A stretch of DNA of 55,221 nucleotides from Candidatus Nanoarchaeia archaeon (GTDB lineage Archaea; Nanobdellota; Nanobdellia; Woesearchaeales; DATDTY01): assembly GCA_035290625.1 (NCBI GenBank), contig DATDTY010000043.1, forward strand, positions 1 through 55,221, written 5' to 3'. How positions within the stretch are numbered: the first letter of the stretch is position 1; each line of letters opens with the position of its first letter. The notes below the pieces were generated by a model. It did not search any database and was not told where the DNA came from. It saw only the letters and a program-made list of their open reading frames with translations. Position numbers and translations under genes: made by a program. Below, one piece after another: positions 9,079 to 18,358 of the stretch.

Positions 9079-9927
9079 TTATGCTGCGTTCTGCCGCTTG
9101 GTTTGATCCGGTTGGGTGTAACTTCCGGTCTCGTATAATATCGGAAGTGGAGTTCTTGTTTCAATTGTCCGACCGAGCTTCCCATCGATTTTTGCGTATT
9201 GCCTGTAAACCCCAATGATGCCGTGGGGATTCTCCGGATTTATGGCTGATCGCTCATGCATCAAGAAGAATTCTTCCTTGAGACCATCCTTGCCGAAGTG
9301 CGTCACCTTTCCCATGCCGAAATCGGTATACGGCGTATGCTTAATCTGGAATGCCTGGGCGTTGATCCCCCCATAGATTTTGGGAAGCTTTATTGCAAGG
9401 CGCGTCTTTGTGCCTATATTTCCCTGCAAGGGAACTGAGCCATCATAGGAGCAGAAATCTGCAGGCAAGTCTTCTTTTATAGTGCTCTTGGCAGATTTGC
9501 ATCCGGCAAGCGAGGCAAGATAGGATTTTGCAGTCTCAAAACTGCTTTTCTTGTCTTCATTTCCCATCTCATAGACCCTTGCAACCTTATCATCTAAGGA
9601 ATCATAGATAAATACACCATCAGTATTTGCCAGGCTATCAAAATATTCAAAGAGGCTGCCGTCTTTTCCATCCAGAGACTGAAACTCGCTCATGTGTTCA
9701 GGACTGGGTGTGACTCTTTTGTCCTTAACAAGGGCATCAAGAAGCCTGTTTCCATCTGAAACTAATAGGAATCCGGCATAGATATGATTCTCGTCAAGAC
9801 CAGGCCTATATGGCCTTTTTTTTTCTGGTGAGATTATTTTCCCATCTTCTATGAAGCCAAGACAGGCTTCAAGGTTATTCGTCACATGGTATTCTACCAT
9901 ATCCTGAAAGATGTTTCTAGGTTCCAT
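9079..9927 (-). CDS. hypothetical protein
   Basis: Long ORF with no recognised motif. Internal ATG (MEPRNIF) preferred because an AT-rich TATA-like tract lies just upstream. Confidence 0.45.
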   Translation of the reverse strand: MEPRNIFQDMVEYHVTNNLEACLGFIEDGKIISPEKKRPYRPGLDENHIYAGFLLVSDGNRLLDALVKDKRVTPSPEHMSEFQSLDGKDGSLFEYFDSLANTDGVFIYDSLDDKVARVYEMGNEDKKSSFETAKSYLASLAGCKSAKSTIKEDLPADFCSYDGSVPLQGNIGTKTRLAIKLPKIYGGINAQAFQIKHTPYTDFGMGKVTHFGKDGLKEEFFLMHERSAINPENPHGIIGVYRQYAKIDGKLGRTIETRTPLPILYETGSYTQPDQTKRQNAA

Positions 9928-10057
9928 ATACCTATTAATATACAAATTCCTATATTTATATTTAACTGCATGATATTTTTTATTTTTTGTCACTTTTAGA
10001 AAGATTTATATACATAAATAAAAAGATTGATGCCTAAAGTAGGACTAAGACGCCAGG

Positions 10058-11053
10058 ATGAAACGCTCCCAGGATGATGTGGCATTCCTGTATTCAGAGA
10101 ATGCTGCGGCTAGGATCATTACACTCAGTAAATTGCTCAAAAAGAGCCCCCAGCGCCTCAAGTACACCCTGGCAGTACTTGAAAAGCAGGCTATAGTCCA
10201 TCTTCCATTCTGTGTCTTTGATTATTCCTATTTTGGGCTGCTCCTCTTCAGGGTGTATTTCAAAGGAGCTTACATCAGCGAGCAGGACAAAAAAGTGCTG
10301 CTCGAGACCCTTGCCAACCATGACTATGTTGTTTCCCTGTACGAGCTTCATGGAGAATTTGATCTTGTCCTGGAGATTGAGACTCCGAATCCATCCAGGT
10401 TTAATAAGGAACTGAGGAACATCTTTGTTCTGCTGAAGACCCTGCCCCACTATAAAGTCATTCTCAATTTGGTTACGTATATGTATCCCCGGCTTTATCT
10501 TATCTCGAACAAAAACCTCGAATCCTGGGTCCCGTCCTATATCATTATAGGCGGTGACCGCGGAGTTGCAGAATTCAGCGACTATGACAAAGCAGTTATG
10601 AAAATCCTTCTGGCGAAGCCAAAGGCCAGAATGACAACCCTTGCAAGGGAAAGCCACGTGAATATCAAAACTGCCAGATCTGCATTTCAGCGGCTCTCTC
10701 AGAAAGGAGTGATCAAGGGGATCAAGTATGTCCTGGATAGCAACAAGCTCGGCATCAACAAATTCAGGATTTTCCTTAAGCTCCATAACATGAGCAAAGA
10801 GAGGGAGCATGAACTGATGGAGCATCTCCGCAAAACACCAGAGATTGTCCAGGCGCATAAGACTGTAGGAGATTGGGATATGGAGATGGACATGGAATCC
10901 TATGATAAGGCAGTGATACGGAGGTTAACCATTGAGCTGCGTGAGCGGTTCAAAGATATCATAGAAACGCTGAATATCATGGAGTTCTACCATTATTATA
11001 AACGCTCCTACCTTCCTCAGTACTTGTTTAGGGAGGAAGCACCAAAAATTTAG
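10058..11053 (+). CDS. Lrp/AsnC-like regulator with duplicated HTH plus ligand-domain modules
   Basis: Two consecutive HTH-like segments (ARIITLSKLLKKSPQRL; KARMTTLARESHVNIKTARSAFQRLSQKGVI), each followed by an about 80-aa beta-alpha domain. Confidence 0.5.
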   Translation: MKRSQDDVAFLYSENAAARIITLSKLLKKSPQRLKYTLAVLEKQAIVHLPFCVFDYSYFGLLLFRVYFKGAYISEQDKKVLLETLANHDYVVSLYELHGEFDLVLEIETPNPSRFNKELRNIFVLLKTLPHYKVILNLVTYMYPRLYLISNKNLESWVPSYIIIGGDRGVAEFSDYDKAVMKILLAKPKARMTTLARESHVNIKTARSAFQRLSQKGVIKGIKYVLDSNKLGINKFRIFLKLHNMSKEREHELMEHLRKTPEIVQAHKTVGDWDMEMDMESYDKAVIRRLTIELRERFKDIIETLNIMEFYHYYKRSYLPQYLFREEAPKI

Positions 11054-11751
11054 CGGCTTCTCCTGATTTTTTCAAAAAACCCCATAAGGGTATGGCCTTC
11101 CCGCCTTGTGGGCAGTGATTTCCCGATAAGGCGTTTCCAGACTGAGCGCTGAGTGTTCCTGCGGCGATCTGAGGTGAACGGCAAGGCATCTATCGTTGCA
11201 TTGATCTTTCTGAGGAGATGCGTTTTCTCGTTTCTTGGCAAGGGAATGATATGCTGCCCAATCTTCTTTTTTTTGGAAGCCTTGAATATTTCATAGAGCA
11301 GGATGGCAAGCGCATGAGAGATATTCAAAGAGCTATACTTTGGGGATGTTGCGATGGTTACTGTGAAGTCACATTGCGCAATCTCTGCATTGGTGAGCCC
11401 GTTTCCCTCCCTGCCAAGAATCAAGGCAACTTTGGATTTGACAAGGGAGCACATCTTCTCTCCAAGCTGCTCAGGCGTCATCGGCGAGCGGAGGATATTG
11501 TAGGAAGAGCCAATGTTTCCTGTTGTTCCAATGAGGTAATCCCAGGATTTCAGGTCATTGAAGGATCTGAGTAGTTTGGCTTTTTTGAGAAGGGTTTTTG
11601 CCCGCTTTGCCCTTTGCACCGCTTCGCCGGAGAGATGATCGCATTTTGGATTGACAAGAACAAGATTATTGAAGCTGAAGTTTGCCATGGCGCGGCCAAC
11701 AGCGCCAATGTTTCCGGGAGTTTCCGGCTCGATGAGGACTATAGAGAGCAT
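11050..11751 (-). CDS. SpoU/TrmH-family RNA 2'-O-methyltransferase (TrmJ-like)
   Basis: N-terminal VLIEPETPGNIGAVGRAMANF, then LILGREGNGL and SLNISHALAILLYE SPOUT motifs. Confidence 0.75.
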   Translation of the reverse strand: MLSIVLIEPETPGNIGAVGRAMANFSFNNLVLVNPKCDHLSGEAVQRAKRAKTLLKKAKLLRSFNDLKSWDYLIGTTGNIGSSYNILRSPMTPEQLGEKMCSLVKSKVALILGREGNGLTNAEIAQCDFTVTIATSPKYSSLNISHALAILLYEIFKASKKKKIGQHIIPLPRNEKTHLLRKINATIDALPFTSDRRRNTQRSVWKRLIGKSLPTRREGHTLMGFFEKIRRSR

Positions 11752-11842
11752 CTTGATGAACTTTTTAATTGTTTTGGACTATCTTGGGGTTTGTTTAATT
11801 GAGTTTATTGACGTTCTTTTTATTTTTGATCAATCTTTGTCA

Positions 11843-12403
11843 TCAGTTTGGATTTCCAGCTCTTAGCACTTTTTCGACAACTACTACGATCTCAGGAAAC
11901 TCCTTTTTGTCTGCGTCTTCTCCAAAATGCCCTTCATCTTTATATTCGTGATATTCTGCATTAAGCTTTTCTTTTATCAAGCGCGGCTCAGAGACCGGAA
12001 TAAAAGGATCATCTTGAGATGCGAATATCACTATTTTTCGAGCGTTTCTTCTGATTTGATCCCATTTCCATGGCTCATCAAAATAGCCGCTTTTCTTCTC
12101 AATCTCATTATCCAAATCTGAATGGTAGACTCCAACGAGGATTGCAAGCTTACATTTATTTTCTTCGAGATATTTCAGTATTGCTATAGCTCCAGATGAG
12201 TGCCCAATCAAAATGGAGCCCTCATCCTTGGATAATTTTTCATTAATAAACGGAATCCATATATCTTTTCTTGCCAGTTCCGGATCAGGCATATTTTCAG
12301 CGATTACCTCCAGCCCGGTCTTTTCTAATTCGCCCTTAACGTATTGATACCAATTGCTTGTTATCGGGGTGTTGCCGTTGCCTGGAATGATGAGGGTTTT
12401 CAT
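11843..12403 (-). CDS. alpha/beta serine hydrolase (YdeN/RBBP9-like)
   Basis: GHSSGA nucleophile elbow and a C-terminal GHF. About 185 aa. Confidence 0.6.
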   Translation of the reverse strand: MKTLIIPGNGNTPITSNWYQYVKGELEKTGLEVIAENMPDPELARKDIWIPFINEKLSKDEGSILIGHSSGAIAILKYLEENKCKLAILVGVYHSDLDNEIEKKSGYFDEPWKWDQIRRNARKIVIFASQDDPFIPVSEPRLIKEKLNAEYHEYKDEGHFGEDADKKEFPEIVVVVEKVLRAGNPN

Positions 12404-12427
12404 ATTTTAATTGGCAATTAAAAATAA

Positions 12428-14647
12428 TTATTTCTTTTTCGCTCGGTATTGAGTAGTATTGCCCAGTTTTTCAGTATACCTGCACTTCGGGAATTTGGAA
12501 CAGCCCAGGAACTTGCCATAGATCGATTTCCTTAAGACAAGTTTTCCATCCTTGCATTTGCTGCAGGCAGCGCCTTCCCTTTCTGAGACTATCTTATCCT
12601 CTTCCTTTTGCTGGGCTTCATCTGCTTTTTTTGACGGGCAATCCTTGTTGATGCAGATCTCCTGGGGCCGTTTCGCCTTCTTAATGAGCATGATCATGGG
12701 ATGGCTGCAGTGCTCGCAGATCTTTTCTGAGTTTTTTACGAGAGCGTTTGATGGAAGAGAAAAAGTGGTTTTGCAATCAGGATACTTGTCGCAGGCTACA
12801 AACCTGCCGAATTTTCCTCGGCGCATCATCAGCGTTCCTTCGCTGCAGGTTGGGCATTTTCCGATGGTATTCTGGATGTCACGGCTCTCCTTGTTTGCCT
12901 GGCCAAGCTCTTCTCCAATGGATTTTTCTTTTTGCTTGAATTCCTTGAAGAGCGCTGTCAAGACCTCTTTTGCCTCTCTCAGGACTTCGTCTTCCTTCTT
13001 TGCCCTGCTCCGGATCTCCTCCATCTCCATCTCAAAATGGCGGGTGAGGTCTTCATCAAGAATTGAGGGAACGTTTTTTTGCAGGGTTGCGACAGTCCGT
13101 ATTCCAAGCTCTGTTGCCTGAATCTGATTTCCATGGACATAGCCCCGCTCAAAGAGGGTATCTACGATTTGGGCCCGAGTTGCTTTTGTCCCGAGATTTT
13201 TCCGCTCAAGCTCTTTGATGATTGAAGCAGGAGTATAGCGCTTTGGAGGCTGGGTTTCCCGGTCATGCATGGAGATCTTTACAACTTCGACTCTATCCCC
13301 CTTGTCCAATGAAGGAAGGGTCTCCTCCTCCAAGGAAAGATAAGGCTCATAGAAGACATGCCAGCCTTTCTCTTTCGTATGGGTTCCCTTGGCAACAAAG
13401 AGCTCCTTGTTTACGTCGATACTTATCTTTTGCGTCTCCCGCACTGCAGGATCCCCAAAACATGAGAGGAATCTTCTCACAACCAGATCGTACAGCTTCA
13501 TAGCCTTTTCATCAACTGCTTTTGGGGCAAGCCCTGTCGGATAGATAGCTGGATGGGCAGGGTCTGTCTTTTTTCCCTCGTTCGGCTTGAGGCCCTGGAA
13601 TCTGCTTATAAGAGATGCATACGGGGGCTGCTTTGAAAGCATGTCCATGATTTTTCCATACTCTAATTCCTTTGGCAGCTTTTGGGAGGATGTTCTTGGA
13701 TAGGAGATGAACCCTCCGGTATAAAGATCCTGGGCAAGGCTCAGGGTTTTCTTCGGCTGGAGCCGCAGGGCACGGTAAGCCTCAGTCTGGAGCGATGTGA
13801 GGTCAAAAGGAAACGGAGGCTGCTGGAGGAACTCTTTTTTTTGGCTATCAGCAACTGCCCCTTCTTTTTTTCCCTTGACATGCTGCATCACAAGCTCTGC
13901 CTCTGCTCTCTCCCAGAACTTCTCCTTGATATGATTTGCATTGAATTTTTCGCCTTTGGCTTTTGCATTAAGGAGCACATCCCAGTAAGGAGCTGGCTTG
14001 AAGCTCTGGATTTCCTTCTCCCTCTCAACGATGATCTTGAGCGCGGGCCCCTGGACCCTGCCAGTCGACATAATCTTGAACATGCCTGAGGTCTTGATGG
14101 CTGCCGTCAATGCCCTGCTTGTATTGATCCCATACATCCAGTCAAGGAAATGGCGCGTCTCTCCTGCATAGGCCTGGCCCCAGTCGAGGCTTTTTGACTT
14201 GTGGTCATAGGCCTTGAGCAAGTCTGGCTTGGTTAAGGTAGAGAATTTCATCCTTCCTGCGTCTTTTTGATTGCAGAGAAAGCGGATAACATTAAGGCCG
14301 ATCACCTCTCCTTCAATGTCGTAATCGCAGGCTACGGTGAACTCGTCTGCCTGCTTGGCAAGCTTTTTGATCACCTGCGCGTACTTTTGTGTATAGGCTG
14401 ACTGCTTTCTTTCTGAGGATGCTGTCCATTGGATATCAAAAACAGGATATGCCCAGCCGTTTTTCTGCTTTTCATCAACCGTGAAGAGATGGCCGACTGC
14501 ACAGCTGACAATGATGTCCTTCTTGCCATGCGTAATCTTGTAATAAGGAACTCCTTTTTCTGATTCCTTGATCGGTTTGCCGTCGGCAAGAGCTTCTGCT
14601 ATCTTGCTTGCTGCGCTTGGCTTTTCTGTGATGATCAGCTCGGTCAT
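12428..14647 (-). CDS. topA: DNA topoisomerase I (type IA) with C-terminal zinc ribbons
   Basis: TOPRIM start LIITEKPS...ACDYDIEGE, active-site region GFISYPRTSS, three CxxC...CxxC ribbons at the C-terminus. Confidence 0.9.
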   Translation of the reverse strand: MTELIITEKPSAASKIAEALADGKPIKESEKGVPYYKITHGKKDIIVSCAVGHLFTVDEKQKNGWAYPVFDIQWTASSERKQSAYTQKYAQVIKKLAKQADEFTVACDYDIEGEVIGLNVIRFLCNQKDAGRMKFSTLTKPDLLKAYDHKSKSLDWGQAYAGETRHFLDWMYGINTSRALTAAIKTSGMFKIMSTGRVQGPALKIIVEREKEIQSFKPAPYWDVLLNAKAKGEKFNANHIKEKFWERAEAELVMQHVKGKKEGAVADSQKKEFLQQPPFPFDLTSLQTEAYRALRLQPKKTLSLAQDLYTGGFISYPRTSSQKLPKELEYGKIMDMLSKQPPYASLISRFQGLKPNEGKKTDPAHPAIYPTGLAPKAVDEKAMKLYDLVVRRFLSCFGDPAVRETQKISIDVNKELFVAKGTHTKEKGWHVFYEPYLSLEEETLPSLDKGDRVEVVKISMHDRETQPPKRYTPASIIKELERKNLGTKATRAQIVDTLFERGYVHGNQIQATELGIRTVATLQKNVPSILDEDLTRHFEMEMEEIRSRAKKEDEVLREAKEVLTALFKEFKQKEKSIGEELGQANKESRDIQNTIGKCPTCSEGTLMMRRGKFGRFVACDKYPDCKTTFSLPSNALVKNSEKICEHCSHPMIMLIKKAKRPQEICINKDCPSKKADEAQQKEEDKIVSEREGAACSKCKDGKLVLRKSIYGKFLGCSKFPKCRYTEKLGNTTQYRAKKK

Positions 14648-14738
14648 TGCCTAGAAAAATGGAATATGTTTTAAAAAGGTTTGTATTGGCAGTAAAAAAG
14701 ATTATTAAGCCGGAAATGTTGCAGTCGTCTGAGTCCTC

Positions 14739-15404
14739 ATGAATAAAGCACGATCAATCTACAAAATGCTTCTGAAGAAGTATGGATATCAGGGCTGGTG
14801 GCCTCTGCTGGAGCTGGAAGAGAAGGATCCAAACTCCAGAGGATACCATCCCGGAGACTATGGGTATCCAAAGAATGACGCCCAGAGATTTGAAATCTGC
14901 TGCGGGGCAATCCTGACCCAGAACACTGCCTGGAAGAACGTTGAAGCTGCATTAAGGAATCTGAGGGATGCAAAAGCCCTCCAAGCTGAGCAGTTGCTGA
15001 GAGTACGATTGCCTCAGTTGAGAGTATTGATACGGCCGGCAGGCTACTTTAACCAGAAATCTGCGTATCTGCGGACATTTGCGGCATTTTTCAGAAAGCT
15101 GGATGAGAGGATTCCGGGAAGAGATGAACTGCTTGGGCTGAAAGGCATCGGGCCGGAGACTGCCGACAGCATGCTACTGTATGCGTTTAAGCAGCCGAAG
15201 TTTGTGGTGGACGCGTATACGAAAAGGATGTGCTCTCAGCTTGGATTGATTGAGAGTTCAAAATATGATGACGTGAAGGGGTTTTTTGAGAGGCAATTGC
15301 CGAGAGAAGTTCCATTATACCAGGAATATCACGCACTCATTGTGGAGTATGCGAAGAGAAATTATACAAAGAAGATTACGTGCCCGATTGATGAGTCTTT
15401 ATAA
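14739..15404 (+). CDS. HhH-GPD superfamily DNA glycosylase (endonuclease III-like / MagIII-like)
   Basis: Helix-hairpin-helix LLGLKGIGPETADSMLLYAF followed by VDAYTKR. No Fe-S Cys cluster visible. Confidence 0.65.
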   Translation: MNKARSIYKMLLKKYGYQGWWPLLELEEKDPNSRGYHPGDYGYPKNDAQRFEICCGAILTQNTAWKNVEAALRNLRDAKALQAEQLLRVRLPQLRVLIRPAGYFNQKSAYLRTFAAFFRKLDERIPGRDELLGLKGIGPETADSMLLYAFKQPKFVVDAYTKRMCSQLGLIESSKYDDVKGFFERQLPREVPLYQEYHALIVEYAKRNYTKKITCPIDESL

Positions 15405-15439
15405 GAAGGTGATGCCCGGCTGTTTTGCATCGAGAGAAA

Positions 15440-16303
15440 TCATTCAGGAGGGAGTAATCTCAACTTGTTGAGGTAAGGCTCGGTAAAAGAGGGATTCTTT
15501 ATTTGGAGCGCCCACTGGATAGACTCATTCAGGATAGTGTTGAATGACTTCAATGACGGCTCCAGGTAATCCTTGCTGAGATCAATACTCAATGCTTTTG
15601 CTTTTCTGGCTGTTAGGATTATTGATAGATATGCGTCTGTTGCTGCATCCCAAAAACCAAATGCTTGGTTGAGATTTCCCTGGCTGCACTGGTAGTTTCC
15701 TTGAGAAAAAAAGCCATCTGCAAAGCTCTGCTCAGCAGCAAGGATTTCGTTAACTGCCTTGCCGGCTTTGCTTTCGTAATCCTTTAACATATCACTCCTT
15801 CGATCTGCATTCTTCACAACATGAATAAGATTTAAGTATCTATCTGCTGCTTGTGTCCAGAGATTAAGTGCTTCTTTGTAGGCTTTATTATTTGCGCTTT
15901 CATTTGCCCTCGTATGGAATGAAGCTGCGTGATTATGCAAGACTACTCCTTTTTGTTCAGGAGTGTATCCGTTTATTGTTATAATCTGATCTGCTATGTT
16001 ACGCATTGCGGTATCGAAGTCTGAAGGAGGCATAGAATCTTTAAACTCGGTATATGCGTTTTTTGCTTGAGCAAGTTTCTCTAAGGATTCATTAAAAAGT
16101 CCGCTAGCATCGAGTCTCTGAGCTTCCTTAACATGGCTTTCAGCTAATGAGATATTTACAGTATGGACTAGTTCTTCTAATCCTGGAGTTTCCATCGCGT
16201 CCGTTTTTGCATCAATAAGGTGTTGTCTCCCCCTACCAAAATTACCTTGTAAGAGATAAAGATGCGCAGTCTCGATTTCGAGCTGGATGATATTCTTGTC
16301 CAT
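15440..16303 (-). CDS. hypothetical helical-repeat protein
   Basis: Long ORF with an ATTTATAAAC box about 28 nt upstream of the ATG. No recognised motif. Confidence 0.45.
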   Translation of the reverse strand: MDKNIIQLEIETAHLYLLQGNFGRGRQHLIDAKTDAMETPGLEELVHTVNISLAESHVKEAQRLDASGLFNESLEKLAQAKNAYTEFKDSMPPSDFDTAMRNIADQIITINGYTPEQKGVVLHNHAASFHTRANESANNKAYKEALNLWTQAADRYLNLIHVVKNADRRSDMLKDYESKAGKAVNEILAAEQSFADGFFSQGNYQCSQGNLNQAFGFWDAATDAYLSIILTARKAKALSIDLSKDYLEPSLKSFNTILNESIQWALQIKNPSFTEPYLNKLRLLPPE

Positions 16304-16366
16304 AGAGCGAGGGGGCGAAGGAGCGTTTATAAATCTTTCTGATATTACTACTCTTAGATAGATAAT

Positions 16367-17521
16367 TTATTCCAGCAGAGTTCTGATGGCTGCATAGGCT
16401 TCCTTTGTGTATGTACTCTTAAATCGCTGCGCTGCTTTGAGAAACTCTTTATTATGCAGTTTTCTGCTGAGGTACTGGCAGAACTGCGTCACATTCTTTG
16501 GGTGTTCTGTATAATGGCAGCGCTCAAAGTCGATGAGGACGGGCTTACTGTTTCTCACTATCACGTGCTTTGTTGGGCGAGTGAACTCTTCTTTGCCTAT
16601 CTTTAGCTTATCTAAAGTATAGCATTGATCCAATATTCCTGACAGGATTTCTTTTGACGGGTTTTTTATTTTTCCCAGAGGGGTGCCTTCAATAAATTGC
16701 ATGGTATCATAATTGGAGGTTGAATTGATTAGTTTCGGGCCAATGCTGTGTTTGTTTAGTATCTTCAGGAAGCTTGACTCAATTGCAATGCGGTTTGCTA
16801 TGTTTGGATCTTGTTTTGCAACCTTGATCGCTACGTTTTTCTTGTTTTGTGTTGCTTCGTAGACGATTGAGCGATGCCCTTTTGCAAGGAAGTTAATGTT
16901 TCTGAGGCCTTTCGCTTCCAATTCCTTCAGCAGAGGGCTCTTTTCTATCTTGTAGCAATAGAGAGTTTCAAATGCGATCTTTTTTGCATCCAGCTCTGTT
17001 ACGTCTAATAGATTAGCTTTAATGATCTCATCAACTTTCCCCTTGTTGGATAATGAAGAGAAGACGATTAAGATGATTCCGTCGGATTTAAGATAGTGAG
17101 ATGCCTGGCTGAGGAATGTTTCCAGGACTTCATATCCTTTCTTGCCTCCGTCTAAAGCTGGATCCGGGTTTTTTTGGTCTGAAGGAAGATACGGAGGATT
17201 GAAGATGATGGTGTCGAACTTATTTCTTATATTGGAGAAAAGATTGCTTTCAATGAAGGCGATGTTTCTCATAGGCTTGCCGTTGTTTTTTAAACTATTA
17301 TTTTTTACGCTGTGCTTATTTCTTGATTTTTTTTCATTGAAGGTATTTTTTAATTTTTTTATAGCTGAGACGTCACTATCCACTGCAACAACCCTGCACC
17401 CTTTCTCTGCTGCTGTCTCTGCCTGAATGCCCGAGCCTGTTCCGACATCAAGGACGCTTCCCTTTGCAAGCATCCTGACATACTTCTGCAGGAGATAGGA
17501 GTCTTCAGCTGGCTCATACAT
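16367..17521 (-). CDS. fusion protein: HemK/Mtq2-like NPPY methyltransferase plus protein-kinase-like (Bud32/RIO-type) domain
   Basis: VLDVGTGSGIQA and IIFNPPYLPS in the N-terminal half. KGHRSIVYEA...VAIKVAK and LIDFE in the C-terminal half. Confidence 0.65.
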   Translation of the reverse strand: MYEPAEDSYLLQKYVRMLAKGSVLDVGTGSGIQAETAAEKGCRVVAVDSDVSAIKKLKNTFNEKKSRNKHSVKNNSLKNNGKPMRNIAFIESNLFSNIRNKFDTIIFNPPYLPSDQKNPDPALDGGKKGYEVLETFLSQASHYLKSDGIILIVFSSLSNKGKVDEIIKANLLDVTELDAKKIAFETLYCYKIEKSPLLKELEAKGLRNINFLAKGHRSIVYEATQNKKNVAIKVAKQDPNIANRIAIESSFLKILNKHSIGPKLINSTSNYDTMQFIEGTPLGKIKNPSKEILSGILDQCYTLDKLKIGKEEFTRPTKHVIVRNSKPVLIDFERCHYTEHPKNVTQFCQYLSRKLHNKEFLKAAQRFKSTYTKEAYAAIRTLLE

Positions 17522-17566
17522 AGATGAGAAGAAGTGCTTTGTGTTTTTATTCGTTGCCCTTCATCG

Positions 17567-17723
17567 GGCTTCCCTGAAAATCTCTTCGAGGTTGCCGTCG
17601 GCTCGGCTGCAAAGGTTACAGGGATGACCGACATTCCCCGTAAGGGACGTCCCCCTTGTCAGTTTCATGTCTGTAGTTTAAGAGCCTCGCATACTTGACG
17701 GCAACACCATTTTCAGGGAAGCC
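17567..17723 (+). mobile_element. structured MITE-like element, copy 1 (157 bp)
   Basis: TIR GGCTTCCCTGAAAA / TTTTCAGGGAAGCC. Perfect 9-bp direct repeats CCTTCATCG at 17558-17566 and 17724-17732. Shares its architecture with seven other copies. Confidence 0.8.
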
Positions 17724-18165
17724 CCTTCATCGCCTGCGCGTACTCCCTGACACGGGAAAGGATCGAAGTGAGGTAATACTTATGAATCCGCTCTTCAAAT
17801 ATCCTTTCGAGAGTGTCGCCTTCTGCAATCCTGTAATTGCCGTCAACCTTTTCTATCAGGAATATGTCCTTCAGGCGCTTGAGCTGGCGGCGGATATTTG
17901 AGGCTGCCACACCATGCATGGGAATGTTGAGCTCCTTCCTGCGCAGCCTGAGCTGCCCCTCAAGATCTGCGGCTGAGATCCCTTTTTGGCATTCCAGGAT
18001 GAGATGGAAGATGTCAATGATGCTGTCCCTGGAATCTCCAGGAGAAAGCAGGCCAAGGGAAAGGAGAAATTTTTTTGTAAGCTCTCTCTTGTCGGCATTC
18101 TGCTGCGGCTTTTCGTATTTCCGGAGCGTGATCTCTGCAAGGGGTATTTCCTTAGAGACTCTCAT
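17713..18165 (-). CDS. winged-helix transcriptional regulator (hypothetical family)
   Basis: 150-aa ORF with wHTH-like IPMHGVAASNIRRQLKRLKDIFLIEKV. The last codons and the stop lie inside element copy 1. Confidence 0.5.
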   Translation of the reverse strand: MRVSKEIPLAEITLRKYEKPQQNADKRELTKKFLLSLGLLSPGDSRDSIIDIFHLILECQKGISAADLEGQLRLRRKELNIPMHGVAASNIRRQLKRLKDIFLIEKVDGNYRIAEGDTLERIFEERIHKYYLTSILSRVREYAQAMKGLP

Positions 18166-18213
18166 AGGTGTTTTGGATGGAATATCTTATTTAAATGTTT
18201 GGGAGTTTTGAGC

Positions 18214-18358
18214 GGCTCAGTAGCAAGTCAATAGGCATCAGGCTCGCTTGTGCTTGCATCTGTGATTGCTGACACCCCCGAAGGGACCTACCCTCTGTCA
18301 GCACTGCTCATGACTGCGAAGAAGCTCGCAGAAAAGATGCTGGACTTGCTACTGCGCC
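18214..18358 (+). mobile_element. structured MITE-like element, copy 2 (145 bp)
   Basis: TIR GGCTCAGTAGCAAGTC / GACTTGCTACTGCGCC. Flanking 9-mers GTTTTGAGC / AGCTTGAGC match 6/9. By-eye alignment shows it is collinear with copy 8 over the full 145 bp. Confidence 0.75.

Noticed and set aside
17625-17665. Core hairpin (CCCC..GGG..CCCCC) compared from memory with the twister, HDV-like and other small self-cleaving ribozymes, and with SRP and RNase P RNA.
   Set aside because: I could not match the conserved nucleotides of any of these classes. SRP and RNase P RNAs are single-copy and larger. The element is left as an unclassified structure pending a covariance-model search.
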